DNA from: Negaprion brevirostris
Lineage: Eukaryota
NCBI GenBank assembly: GCA_030324005.1
Contig: JARDVH010000031.1
Location: 56,750,821-56,814,820 of the forward strand
DNA length: 64,000 nucleotides
Direction: 5' to 3'
Shown: positions 13,470-26,860 of the stretch, piece by piece
Position numbering within the stretch: position 1 is the stretch's first letter
How the letters are laid out: each line of letters begins with the position of its first letter
Made by a program: the position numbers and the translations under genes
Notes under the pieces: generated by a model
What the model saw: only the letters and a program-made list of their open reading frames with translations
Told to the model about the DNA's origin: nothing
Database searches by the model: none

Positions 13470-14400
13470 TTATTCAAAAGACATATGTATAGTAGCAAGG
13501 CCAACATTTATTGCCCACCCTGAATTGCCATTAAGGTTATGGTGAGCCACCATCCTGAACCACTACAGTGTGTGTGCTGCAGGAACTCTCAAACTGCTGT
13601 TGAGGGGAGCAATTCTAGGATCTTGACCCAAATCAGAATGTTCTGTGGCTTTGAGGGGAGCTTGGAGGTATGTTTCCATGCTCTTCATCTTGTGCTGCCA
13701 AAGAACCCTTGGCAAGGTGCTGTAGTGCACTTTACACATACTTGCTGCCACAGTATGTTGGTAGTGGATGTGTTGCAAATTGTTATTTTGTCCTGCATTG
13801 TGTAGGATTCTTGAGTATTAGGGCTGTTCTCATCGATACAAGTGGACAGTATTCCATCTGTTGGCATGGTAGCACAGTGGCACAGTGGTAGGTACTACTG
13901 CCTCACAGCGCCAGGGACCCGGGTTTGATTCCTGGCATGAGTCACTGTCTGTGTGGAGTCTACATGTTCTCCCTGTGTCTGTTCTCCTCTCGGTGCTCTG
14001 GTTTCCTTCCACAGTCTGAAAGATGTGCTGGTTAGGTGCATTGGCCATGCTAAATTCTACCTCCGCATCCCCAAACATGTGCCAGAGTGTGGCAACTAGG
14101 GGATTTTCACAGTAACTTCATTGCAGTGTGAATATAAGCCAAATTGTGACACTAATAAACAAATACATAAAAGTTTGTGCCCTGTTGTTGGTGTAAATAC
14201 TTCCAAAGAGTCAGAAGGTGAGTCACTTTTTGCAGAATATTGGCCACTAACTTGTGACCATAGTATTTATGTGGCTGTTCCAGTTACATTTCTGGTCATT
14301 GAATGTTGATATTGGGTGATTCAGAGATTTCAATTACATTAAACATCAAGGGAAAGTAGTTGGATTCTCTTGTTGGAGATGCCTGGTACCTGTGCCACTT
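13470..14400 (-). mobile_element. CR1-group LINE 3' part, with nested HE1
   Basis: Tail agcaaggccaacatttattgcccaccc, and homology to the reverse of 7050-7800. Confidence 0.7.
13863..14170 (+). mobile_element. HE1/V-SINE, tail type B, full length
   Basis: ggcatggtagcacagtgg...cagcgccagggacccgggtttgattcc...cacagtaacttcattgcagtg...tgtgacactaataaac. Confidence 0.88.
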
Positions 14401-15225
14401 TATTTGTAGCCTCCTTGCTGGTAGGAGTTGGCATAGTATGTAATGGCACGCTGTTACTATAAATATTTTTCTTCCAATAATTATTGAATAAGTATATATT
14501 GTTAATAAACATTTCTAATCTTTACAATACTGTCCTAGAATGGTAATGTCAACATTTGAATTAAGGAGATGCAGACCCTATATCCTTACATTGCACTCAT
14601 TCAAAATGTATTTTGAAGGCAAGAAATAACCGAATTTCAGGAAGATTTTTCAAGGTATTCATTCAGACATTATTTTTTGCATTCTGGGCCCTGATGCTAG
14701 CTCTCAAAAGAAGAGATCACACACAAGAAATTGGATAAACTCATCAAACTTAATGTTGAAGAGTTTAGCAGATCCTGGGTAGAGGGCTAAGAGATGGGGA
14801 TGCATATTGAATGCTGGAGAACTGCACTGGGGAGTGTTTTGGATGCAGCCCCACTGCAACTTAACTAATTTTACTATCAGTCCCACAGCCACTTTACTAA
14901 AGACCTAGATATGCACCGCCTTCCTGGGGATTGGCATTTCCTGGCAGCAGAGCAATCCTGCCATTAGACCGGAGGTCACCAGTTTTATGGGATGGGCCTC
15001 CAGAGGCTTTCTGGGCAGGGCACGGGAGCATTGCATTCAGGGATTCCTTTTGCCAAGACAGGAGTCCCTAAATGCAAGCACCTTCATGGCCTCTGTACCT
15101 GACTTGGAGAAGGTACCTTTGCAATCCTTGGAGCTTGCCTTCTTGCCCCTAGCAAAGAAGAAAATGAAAATAAAGAACTTACAAATGTTCTTATAAAAGT
15201 GGTCTAACCAAGGTTTAATACAGAT

Positions 15226-15341
15226 CGGAATTCTCTAACCTTGCCCGCAGCTGGGATTCTCCGGTCCCACTGCAGTGAACAGAAGTTTGGCTGAGCGCCA
15301 AATGACAGTGGTAGTAGGGCATGCGAGACTAGAGAATTCCG
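15226..15341. mobile_element. ~116 bp MITE inserted in a minus-strand CR1 remnant (about 15195-15575)
   Basis: Perfect 12 bp TIR cggaattctcta / tagagaattccg. Confidence 0.7.
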
Positions 15342-15609
15342 TCATTGATTTAGCATGACACTCTTACTTTTCAATTCTATTTCTTTAGAAAGAAAATCTA
15401 TTTGGTTTGCTCTTTTCATAGCCATGTTAACTTGTGACACAACCTTTGGTGATTGAGGTATACATTCTCTTTATTCCCCTGCCTCATTTAATCATGCATT
15501 TTTCAAATACTAAGTGACTTTCCTATTCTTCCTATTAAAATATACTGCTCACATTCATCTGTGTTGAATGTCATCAGAACTTGCATCAAATCCTTGAAAA
15601 ATTAAAATG

Positions 15610-15910
15610 AATGTTCTTACATGGGTGTTGCTGGCTGAGTCAGCATTTATTACCCATCCCTAATTGCTTTTGAAGAGGTGGTTTACTAGGCTATTTCAGA
15701 GGATGTTTAATAGTCAACCACATTGCTGTAGGTCTGGAAACAGATGTAGTCCAGATAAGATAAGGATGGCAGACTTTGTTCCTTGAAGAACATCAATGAA
15801 CCAGATGGGTATTGAATTCAAATTTCACCATCTGCCATGGTGGGATTTGAACCTAGGTCCTCAGAGCATTATGTTGTCCATTGACAATATCACTGTGTCA
15901 ACACCTCCCC
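15610..15910 (-). mobile_element. tRNA-derived SINE with a CR1-group LINE tail
   Basis: The minus strand has the B-box ggttcaaatccc. Its tail (cagcatttattacccatccctaattg) matches the LINE tail at 13.5 kb. Another partial copy lies at about 32790-32930. Confidence 0.7.
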
Positions 15911-17654
15911 AGATCTGTGTGAGCGCACTGTAGGAAATTATGTAAAAAGATTCATAAGGACTTTGTTTCCTTAAGTATTTGACCTGAAATTTACATTGAG
16001 ACAATTGACTTTTGCCCATTTTTTGACTATTTCCAGCTTCCCTTAATGACTGAGCACAGCTAAAAATATTCTCAGTAACTTTCTAAATGTGTTGCAATGA
16101 GTGAATTTTCACAAAAGCCATCCTGGCTCATCCCACACAGTTTGTTGATCTAAATTAAGGAGATCCAAAACCCAATATTAAGAATGTTTCCACAAATCCA
16201 ATAGGAATGAAGATTATTCCCTGCATTGAGTCCATGCTAGAAGGCTTAGGCAATCCAATTTCAGCCTGTGACTGGATAAACATGAACGGGGGTGGAAACA
16301 AAGAAATCTTACAGTATGCCAACTCTGTTGTCATTATCATTATAGCAATTGCAAGACTAGATGTAAGCCACAATTTTTTTGTCTTAACAAAAGATGGTAA
16401 CGAAAATAATAATGTTATTTTCTGTGTTTATGGGAGAGATGCAATCATTTCAATATTGTATTTTAAAGTATTATTACAGGATAGAAAATAAATATTATAA
16501 CGTAAATCAAGTGATAAAAAGATGACTGATATGTTTTTGATGCTGACTATTGCCAGATTTGTATTCGGTAATCATTTTATTGTTTTGTTATTTGCATAGC
16601 ATTGTATCCAAAGGGAAAATAAAAAAGTGTTTTGTTTCAAATTTTTATTTGACAACAAGGAATTGATTTGTTGAAAGAAGGTTTCCAGGGCTCTTAATTA
16701 ATAAAACTGAATCACCTTGTCTCTTCACAAACACATCTAGAAAAGAATTAACATGTGCTGGGGGAAACTGGAGCCAGCTTTTACATGTAATAGTTATAAT
16801 TAAGCTTCTACTAATGTCATCTTCTAAACACAGTAGTTTCCTGCTGGTCTGCATTGTGCTTGAACTTTCATACCATGTCAGGCCAATGGTATTTCACTAG
16901 GAGATTTCTTTTAATAGGTTGTCATTGTTTAGGTTATAATCACACACTAATGATAGCTTGAACCTGTTAAGTTTTCTTGTGCAATATACAAATCATGTTA
17001 TTAAAATAAATAGCTTATATCTTGATAAGCTTGCAGGTTTTATCAGGGAGTACTTATTTACTTGTCTACATATCCTTTTGTTATTAGTTTCCCATTGTGT
17101 ATACAATCTAAACGTACTCAGGGAACACTGAATGGAGGAAACTTAGTTGAGTATAAAGAATAAATGATTATAAAGTAATTGCATGTGCGAAAAAATAAAA
17201 TTAAAATTACAATTCAATGAATATTCAGATCCATGGAAGGTCTAAAAATCTTTACCACACTCTGATAATTAGATAGTTTTAAGTGAAGAATCTAAATTAC
17301 ACTATTATATGTGTTTCAACAGACCATGCAGCCACATGAACAATGCTGCAAATATTCCTGTAATGGTAGTGGGGAGAGCAGGGTTGAATTTTGAAAGGTA
17401 AGACCCAAATGTTCCCTGTCCACAAGGAACATGCATGGGAAGACAGGCTTGCAGTGCAATTGACAGGAAATTGAATACATGTAGTTAGCAACTCTGAAAG
17501 AGCTGCTGCTTGCCGTTAAAAATAGGGTTGTTTCTTCTGCTAATCTAATTGCAGATGTTGGGTCAGAGTTATGAGAAGGTAAATTATTTCCTTCCAGAAC
17601 TGATGTGATGATGGTAGGAAGACCGCTCCTTTCTGGCTGAGTCACCAGAGACAT

Positions 17655-18824
17655 CTTTGACAAGGTGCCACTTGACAAGGAGACTGTTAAATAAATTAAG
17701 TGCCCATGTTAAGGTTAAGATCCTGGCATGGATAGAGGATTTGCTGACTGGCAGAAGGCAGACAGTGAGGATAATGGGGTCTTTTTCAGGATGGCAGCCA
17801 GTGACTAGTGGTGTGCCTCAGGGGTCAGTGCTGGGACCACAAATTTTCGCAATATACGTTAACAATTTGGAAGAAGGAACTGAAGGCACTGTTGCTAAGT
17901 TTGCAGATGATACAAAGATATTTAGAGGGACAGGTAGTATTGAGGAAGCAAGGCGGCTGCAGAAGGACTTGAACAGGTTAGGAGGGTGGGCAAAGTGGCA
18001 CATGGAATACAATGTGAAAAAGTGTGAGGTTATGCACTTTGGAAGGAGGAATGGAGGCATAGACTATTTTCTAAATGGAAAAATGCTTAGAAAATCAGAA
18101 ACATAAAGGGACTTGGGAGTCTTTGTTCAAGACTCTCTTAAGGTTAACGTGCAGGTTCAGTTGGCAGTTAGGAAGGCAAATGCAATGTTAGCATTTATGT
18201 CAAGAGGGCTAGCACACAAAAGCATGGATGTGCTTCTGAGGCTGTATAAGGTTCTGGTCAGATGCTATTTGGAATATTGTGAGCAGTTTTGGGCACTGTA
18301 GCTAAGGGAGGATGTGCTAGCCTTGGAAAGGGTCCAGAGGAGGTTCGTAAGAATGATCCCTGGAATGAAGAGCTTGTCATATGAGGAACTGTTGAGGATT
18401 CTAGGTCTGTACTCGTTGGAGTTTAGAAGGATGAGGGGGGATCTTACTGAAGGTTACAGGACACTGTGAGGCCTGGATAGAGTGGATGTGGAGAGGATGT
18501 TTCCACTAGTAGAAAAAACTAGAATCAGAGGGCACAACCTCTGGCTAAAGGGACGGTCCTTTAAAACAGAGATGAGAAGAAATTTGTTCAGCCAGAGAGT
18601 GATGAATCTGTGGAACTCTTTGCCACGGAAGGCTGTGAAGGCCAGATCATTGAGTACCTTTAAGACAGAGATAGATAGGTTCTTGATTAATAAGGGGATC
18701 AGGGTTTATGGGGAAAAGGCAGGAGAATGGGGATGAGAAAAAAATCAGCCATGATTGAATGGCAGAGCAGACTCACTGGACTGAGTGGCCTAATTCTCCT
18801 ATGTCTTATTGTTTTATGGTCTTA
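17655..18824 (+). mobile_element. CR1 LINE, 5'-truncated and relatively young
   Basis: ORFs give VTSGVPQGSVLGP, KFADDTKI, KCEVMHFGR and FSQRVMNLWNSLP. It ends in a tcttat(g) repeat tail. Confidence 0.92.
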
Positions 18825-19862
18825 CAAGCAGAGATCTAGGTTCCTTAATATAAGTATTAAATATGATTTTGAAGCAATGTTTTGTAGCTTATTTTTGAAG
18901 CAAAATATAGCAAGTAGCTGAACAATAACAGTCAGACCCACAGTGCAGAAGAATAAATTAGCATGTTTTACACTTCGCATATTAAATTTAAGTACCATCT
19001 TTAAGGAGCAACTTGCAGTTTTAGGGCAGAGATGAATAATTTACAATCTTGCTCCTTCAGATTTGGCTGTCTTTGGAAATATTGGATCTTTGGATATGCT
19101 GCCTCGTGTCCTCTCTGCTCTTTAAGAAGACAGAATTTTCAGAATTAAATGTGTTAACTATGGATGAGCAGAAGATATGGTTGCTTTGAGAATTCTGCAT
19201 CTTTTTATGGAGGCCTTAAAAATCGTAGTCAAATATTTCATTAGAGCAAAGGAATATCAATCAGGAAAGGAAATTATTTGGGAAAACCAGGGAACATGCT
19301 TCAAGGAGGCCAGTAAGTGTAATGGAGCCATTGGAAATGGCCACCCCTACCAGAGGAGGATACATGATGTGTCTGATGCAATTATTGTGATCATTTATGA
19401 ACCAACAATATTCTAAACAAGATCAAATCTGAAATAATGTATTCTGCTTCAAATGGAGAATAATTGTCTGTAATTGATTATTGTATAAATGACCAGTGAA
19501 CACAAAGGCAAATGATGATATCACATAATTGGGAAAATGTGCCATAGAGTGTGTAGGAGGAAGTCAATGAGGTGGCTGATTCCAAGAACAATTGGTTCCT
19601 CCAATGGGAGCATTGATGTGGGTCACTAAGATGAGTGTTCAACTTGTACACCTATCAAACCCAGAATTATTTTAGCTATGAATGTTGATAAAATTACACG
19701 GTGGAGGTTTAGTTCTGGTGCAGTGCTTTTTTTTATTGCACCATGGAAAGGAGTATGAAGAGGTAGCCCAGTGTATTTACGGCAGTCTTCATGCTGAATG
19801 ACAGCAATTGGCATTACTTGTGGAAATTGCAGTAATAGTGCATGTGTGCACTGGCTTTTCAG

Positions 19863-19927
19863 AACTGGCCTTGATGGAATGTCTGTTGTCAAACACACCT
19901 GTGTGTCTTTTCTGTCTGTGTCGTGCG
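19863..19927 (+). other. Candidate exon of the host gene (weak)
   Basis: Non-repeat DNA with acceptor cttttcag and donor GCG|gtaagt at 19928. ATG at 19874 gives MECLLSNTPVCLFCLCRA in phase 0. Confidence 0.3.
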
Positions 19928-20458
19928 GTAAGTATTGTTTGTACTGTTGACACCCAGAATTCTTACACCTATTGCAAACAGGTTTCTATGGTTACAGCTG
20001 GCTCTGTCTATAGATGGAAAACAAGTATACAGCTATTTTGTTTTTGGGAAAGGAGAACTGATAACTTATGATGCATTGTAAATAATATTTATTCTATGTA
20101 GATGAATTATATACAAGCTTACCTAACTTCTGAACATAGATCTGATGGATTGTAGACTTTACAGTAAAGGTGATCTATTACATACTATATATATGCTATA
20201 TATATGCTGCATCTAATGGAGCAATAGTTGTTCATAAATTACATGTGACTGTACTTCAAAACATATTTGATTGGCACTGAAGTACTTCAGGACATGCTTT
20301 GGGACATCCTATGTTTGTGACAAGCACTACATAAGCATGAGATCTGTACTTTCTGATANNNNNNNNNNNNNNNNNNNNNNNNNNNNNNNNNNNNNNNNNN
20401 NNNNNNNNNNNNNNNNNNNNNNNNNNNNNNNNNNNNNNNNNNNNNNNNNNNNNNNNNN

Positions 20459-21288
20459 GAGAAGTGGCAGATGGAATACAATGTGGAGAAGTGTGAGGTT
20501 ATGCACTTTGGAAAAAGGAATGGAGGCATAGACTATTTTCTAATTGGGGAAATACTAGGAAATCAGAAGCACAAAGGGACTTGGGAGTTATTGTTCAAGA
20601 TTCTGTTAAAGCTTAAGTGCAGGTTCAGTTGGCATTTAGGAAGGCAAATGCAATGTTAAATTCAGGTCAAGAGGGCTGGAATACAAGAGTAGGGCTGTAC
20701 TTCTGAGGCTGTATAAGGCTCTGGTCAGACCCCATTTGGACTACTGTGAGCAGCTTTGGGCCCCATATTTAAGGAAGGATGTGCTGGCCTTGGAAAAGGT
20801 CCAGAGGAGGTTCACAAGAATGATCCCTAGAATGAAGAGCTTGTCATATGAGGAACGATTGAGGTCTCTGGGTCTGTACCCGTTAGAGTTTAGAAGGATG
20901 AGGGGGGATCTTATTGAAACTTACAGGATACTGCAAGGCCTGGATAGAGTGGATGTGGAGAAAATGTTTGCACTAGTAGGAAAAACTAGAACCAGAGGGC
21001 ACAACCTCAGGCTGAAGGGACGATCCTTTAAAACAGAGATGAGAAGGAATTTCTTCAACCAGAGAGTGGTGAATCTGTGGAACTCTTTGCCACAGAAGGC
21101 AGTGGAGGCCACGTCATTGAATGTCTTTAAGAGAGAGATAGATAGGTTCTTGATTAATAACGGGGTCAGGGGTTATGGGGAAAAAGTAGGAGAATGGTGA
21201 TGAGAGAAATATCAGCCATGATTGAATGGCAGACCAGACTCAATGGGCTGAGTGGCTTAATTTTGCTCCTATGTCTTATGGTCTTATG
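20459..21288 (+). mobile_element. CR1 LINE 3' part, same subfamily as 17655-18824
   Basis: The open 154 aa ORF at 20736-21200 reads YCEQLWAPYLRKD...FFNQRVVNLWNSLP. The tail is tcttatggtcttatg. Confidence 0.92.
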
Positions 21289-21699
21289 ATAAACAAGGTT
21301 GAAAATAATCAGCTGGGCAGGCAGCATCTTGTGGAGGGAGAAACAGAGTCAATTGAACTTTCATTATCAAGCTTTCAATTGAAGGACATGTTGCAAAGAG
21401 TGCAGAAATGGAAGTTGGCTTTCTTTAGAGTGGAAGGCCAACTTCCTGTTTAATCACTTACCCAAATTGCATGACAGAAAGTTAAAGGTCAAGTTTGTGC
21501 AGTCCCCTAGGTTTATCAGAACCCAAACTTGAGATGCAGTTCAATTATACCAGTTCTTGTACATACCTACTGAATATGTAAGTATTATTTGGCTATCAAG
21601 AGATTCAATAAATTTAAATGTTGAGGGTTGCACCCTCAATGAAATAGCATGCAAAGCAGAGAGGTAGCCTTTTCCCTTTTCTCTAAAAGCTGTAGCACA

Positions 21700-22415
21700 C
21701 AATACATAGAATAGTTAACATAAAATGAGGCTATTTGGCCCAATGTTTCTGTATTGACCCTCTGAAAGAGAAATTCACCCAGTGCCACTGCTCTGTCTTT
21801 TCCCAATAGTTCTGCATTTTTTTCTTTTCAGATAATGAATCAATTCCTTTTCAAAAGCCACATTTGCCCTGCCTTCATCTTAGTTTCAGGCAATACATTC
21901 TACATCCTAACCACTCGCTGATGAAAACATTTTCTCTTCATGTTGCCATTGCTTCTTTTGCCAATTACCTTAAATCTATAACCTTTGGCTCACTATTCTC
22001 CCACCAGTGAGAACAGTTTCTCCCTACTTACTCTGTCCAGCCCCCTCAAAATTTTGAATACCCTTGTCAAATTTCCTTTCATCCTTCTCTTCTTCAAGGA
22101 GAATAGCCTCAACTTGTCCAACCTTTTGTATAAGTGAAGTTCCTGATCCCCGGACCCATGTTCCTGAATTTTTTCTGCATTCTCTCAGATGCCTTCGCAT
22201 CTATTGTAAAATGTGTTGCCCAGAATACTCCATTTAAGGCTGAACCCGTTTGATTAACGGAACATTTTTGCCCTTGCCCTCTATGCCTCTATTGATAAAT
22301 TCCAGGATGCCATATGCTTTATTAACTTCCACTTCAACCTGACCTACTATCTTCAATGATTTAGGCAAGCATGCACCCAGGTCCCTTTGCTCTTGCTCTC
22401 CCTTTGTTTTTAATG
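21700..22415 (-). mobile_element. Older CR1 3' part
   Basis: The minus ORF has QRDLG...VNKAYGILEFINRGIE. A reverse-complement tail lies at about 21700. Confidence 0.8.
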
Positions 22416-23019
22416 CCACACCTCAGTTTCTTGCATATTCAAAGATCAGTCCAGAATTTGTAAGGCCATCACAAGCAGCATGAATTGTAGTTTGAACGTC
22501 TGGAAAGCAACAACTTAACTGCCTGTGTCAAGTCATTTTAATAGCCATCCTTGGAAATGTCAAACAGGATTTCACCAGCAGCTGCAGGAAATCTAATGTG
22601 AATTGAGGGTGATAGCTCAAGCACTGACCAGCTTTTGACCTATGGTGAATAGTCAACAAAAGGAAAAAAAGCCTCATAAATTTTCAATTCAAATTAGGGC
22701 CCACTAACTCTATGAAATGTTTAATTCTTCTCACTCAAGGGCTACGTGAAATATGCAAAAACTGGCAATACTTCACTGTTTATTGAAAGCAAGTAATTAT
22801 TGTTTAAAGTATAATCAAACTAGTTCAAAACAGCTTAATATATTTACATATTGACCAACAAATTAAATTAACTTCCTTGAAGAAGTAGCTATTTGTTAGT
22901 AAAGATAAAACAATGCTTGTAGGTTTTCAAAAGGAGCTTGGTAAGATGTCACATGGGGGATTTGTTGATAACATCAAGGCAATTCTATCTTAGGATATGT
23001 GGCCCTGACCCCTTCCCCT

Positions 23020-24355
23020 CCCTCCTAGAGCCACATTAGAATTCCCTTTGTCCTCACATTCCATCCCAACTCTGCATTCAAAATATTATCCCCTGCTATT
23101 TCTACCAACTCTAATCTGATACCATCAACAAGCACATCTCCATCTCTCCTCCCCTTCAGCAATCCAAAGGAATGTTCCCTCTGTGACACCCTGGTCCACT
23201 CCTCTATCATCCCTTGGACCTTCCCATGCAATTGCAGGAGGTATAATACCTTTTACCTCTTCCTTCCTCACAGTCCAAGGCCTCAAACACTCCTTCCAGT
23301 GAAGTAGTGATTCACTTGCACTTCTTTAAGATGCGGGGGGAAAAGTTTAGAGGAAAAGTCGGGGCAAGTTTCTTTACACAGAGTGGCGAATTCCAGAAAG
23401 CACCACCTGGGCAGGTGGTGGGAGCAATATGATNNNNNNNNNNAAGAGGCAACTAGACAAATACATGAATAAGATGTGAATGGAAGGGTATGGACTCAGT
23501 AGGTGCATGCAGTTTTAGTTTAAGTAAGCGTCATGATTGGTGCAGGCTTGGAGGACCAAAGGGTCTGATCGTGTGCTGAACTATTCTTTGTTCTTTCAAT
23601 TTAGATTACTGTATTCACTGCTCACAATGCAATCTCCTCTACACTGGGGGGGACAAAACATATACTGGATAACTGCTTTACACAACACCTTCACTCAGTC
23701 CGCTAGTATGACCCTGCTTGGCATTTCAACTCAGGGTCTTGTTCTCATGCTCTCATTTCAGTCCTTGACCAGCTAAAACATGTTAGTGAAAGCTGGAGGA
23801 ACAGCACCTCATCTTCCAATTAGGTGCTTTATAGTCTTCTTCACTCAACATTGACCAACTTGAGACCATGACCTCTGTCCTCCATTTTGATCACCTCCTC
23901 AAATGCCAATCTGTAACTTGTCCTCATCCTTTTGCTTTCAGACAGTGTTGATTTTTATTCTGCTATTAACACATTCTGCAATTTGGCTTTCAGACAGCAC
24001 TGATTTTTCTTCTAGACTCTACTCTAGACAAATCCATTGTTTCTTAAATACTATCATTATCACTATCTTTGCCTCTGATTCCATGATTTTTTTTATTATT
24101 TAATCTCCCCTATCCTCTAATCTATCCCTGACATTCTATTTTACTCCATCTGCCCCTCCCTTTATCCAGCAGCATAAAACACAGCACATTCCTACCTCAG
24201 GTCTGACATCATTACAGTTTGGATGAAAGACCATCCAGACTTGAAACATTAGCTCTATTGTCTCTCCACAGATACTGTCAAACCTGCTGAGCTTTTCCAG
24301 CATTTTCTGTTTTTATTTCAGATCTCCAGCATATGTGGTATTTTGCTTTTATTAC
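23020..24355 (+). mobile_element. Penelope-like element (RT-thumb linker, GIY-YIG remnant, pLTR), interrupted by CR1
   Basis: Decayed RIPFVLTFHP, SLCDTLVHS, GTFPCNCRR, FTCTS and KLEEQHLIF peptides. A terminal motif lies at 24215-24355. Confidence 0.8.
23328..23597 (+). mobile_element. CR1 3' fragment nested in Penelope
   Basis: CR1 3' motifs flanked by ttcttt on both sides. Confidence 0.7.
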
Positions 24356-25514
24356 ATGAATAGGACATTGGTTAAATAACAGATTCAGATGGGGCATGAT
24401 ATTTTAGACTCCCCAGAACAGAAGCAGTTATGCACCAGTCTGCATCTCACTTGAGACAGCTAGAACACTCCAGAGAAAGAGTTTCTTGCAGGTTAGAAGC
24501 ACTGAGGAAGTGTCTTACAATAAACCAGCCTGAACCTAAAAGATCAGTCTGGATAGATTCTTCCACCATAGCCACTTATGAGTAACACTGGTGTTTTATG
24601 TCGTGAAAGAGCAGGTGAAGAATGAAGATAGCTGAAAAAGTAAATGGTTACACCTATCACCAGCAACAGAATACAAGGCAATCAACTTAAAATAATATGT
24701 CAAGGTGCACTACAGTCCACAGTTCCTTCACCAGTTCCACTTTCTGATGGATGTTTGCAGAAGGAGCTGCAGTTAGAAAGCCTCAATGCTATCACTTTCT
24801 TGTCGTGGATCTACAACTAGTCTTTCTGGGCAGTACTTCAGGAAAACAAAGAGAACACGATAGACCTCGCAATATCTTCAACCACAGACCTGTGTCTACA
24901 GAGCTTTCTCACTGGAGGAGGAGCCCTTCCTAACTTTAAAAGTTGCTGTCGCTGGTTGCAAGAAGATGTATTTCCATTTTGTGGCAAAGTACAAATCAAT
25001 ACTGACCTGTAATATGAGGTGAAGAGAAGTTACCTCTTGGGTTCATGTCATATATGCCTTGTGTAATGTCAATATGAGCTTCTATTTGTGAATTCGATCT
25101 GCATCACAGAAATAAAGATGCTGTTTTATAAAGTGACAAAGCATTAGAAAATGTAATTGCTCTCTTCTGACTTCGATAGTTCCTGGTATTCTGGTAATCG
25201 AAAGCAATTTACAGCACATAGTAATTGAATCACAGTTACTAACATTTCAGGGGAAAAAGAAAACATAGAATATTTTGATCAATCTGTGCGTGATGCAGGC
25301 TGATGCACAAACCAACAGAAGTGATTGCAAGCAGTTTTAGTTTAATCATGACTTGAAATTGGCTCCAGCCTATTAGTTTAGCTTTGTGTCAACCACAGAA
25401 ATTCGTCAATTAGATTTCAGGTTGCAGTTCATTCTTAGGCATCATCATTATTCAATGTACACATTCTGGACCTCTTGATTAGACTCCAGTCTGTAACAGT
25501 GTTCTTGGGCTGTG

Positions 25515-25695
25515 TAGCTGGTTTAGCTCAGTTGGCTGTACAACTGGCTTATAGAGACTGAGTGATACCATACAGCCTGTGTTCAATTCCTATGCTGGCT
25601 GAGGTTAATCGGGAAGGTTTGCCTTTTTTCTCACCTGAGGTGTCAGGTTAAATCAACACCAATCTATGGTCATCTGAGACAATGGTGACTTTATT
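25515..25695 (+). mobile_element. tRNA-derived SINE (third family)
   Basis: A-box tagctcagttgg and B-box gttcaattcc, with no complete cloverleaf. Confidence 0.6.
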
Positions 25696-26269
25696 TGGGC
25701 TGAACTTTCACCAAGGGCCACAAGCAGGAGCCTGGTTCGTTTTCAGATTATAAATCCACCTCTGTGCGGAGACTGATTTAAAATTAAAATTTCCACATAG
25801 TTAAGCCCTTAATTTGCATGGAGATGGGTCTTCTGTCCAATTAAGAGAGGCAGGTGGGCTCTCAAAGCTGAAGGATTGCTCTGAGACTTTCCAGCTTCAA
25901 AGAAGTAACTGAGAGGACATGTCAAAAACAAGGTGCCTTCTCAGCTACTTTCAAAAAAAAAACTAAAACCACAAAAGGCAATTTTGTGGGTCCTTATCTT
26001 TGTATAGACTGGACAAACCCAATGGCAATCTGGAAAATCAGCTTGGAGAGTGCTTTTCTAACAATATCCAGGAGGAATACATTGTGGAACCAAATAGGGA
26101 CAAATATATTTTACATTCAATGTTGTAATTATTAGTCTCAAAGTAAAAGACATTCTGGGGGAAAAGGTCGTCATAATTCAGTTGAATTTGAAGTTTGAGA
26201 ATGAAATAGTCTGGTGCCAAACTTGTGAATCTTAAACAGAGAGCAAACACAGATTAGTTGATTGCTTTA

Positions 26270-26860
26270 TGGAGTATTTCCACTCAGTCCACAAACATGA
26301 ACCCAAGTGCCCTGTTGCCTACTGTTTTAATTCACCACCCTTTCTCAACTTTTTGTCTTTGGCCTACAACACTGCTCTGAGGCTCAACATAAGGTTCAAG
26401 AACAGCACCTCATCTTCTGATTATGCACTTCACAGCCTTCTGGGCACAACATTGAGTTCAACAATTTCATACCATGGTTCCATTTGATTCCATTCTGATA
26501 CTTTTAGCCATCTGTTGGTTGAATCCTGTTTTTCATGTTTTTGCTTTTGGACAGAGCTGTTCATTATTCTGCCATTTACACTCACTCTGGACAAATGCTT
26601 TATTTGTTTATTATGATGATTATCACTCCTTTTGCCTTTTATTCATAACATCTGTGTAATTTAGTCTGCCCTCCCCTCCCCTATCCCAGATATTCCCTTT
26701 GTTCTTTGAATCACCTGCTTCAATGACATAAAACCCATTACATTTCCACCATCTTTCAGTTCTGAAGAAATCATATTCAACTTGAAACATTAGCTCAGTT
26801 TCTGTCTCCACAGATACTGACAGATCTGCTGAGTGTTTCCAACACTTGCTGCCTTTTTCC
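26270..26860 (+). mobile_element. Penelope 3' part with pLTR and decayed hammerhead
   Basis: EQHLIF remnant, agttctgaaga...gaaacattagct and acagatactgacagatctgctgag. Confidence 0.75.

Noticed and set aside
20736-21200. Open 154 aa ORF as a possible host gene
   Set aside because: It is simply the C-terminus of CR1 ORF2 in a young truncated copy.
25515-25600. tRNA-like A and B boxes
   Set aside because: No cloverleaf is formed and it continues into a SINE body, so it is not a tRNA gene.
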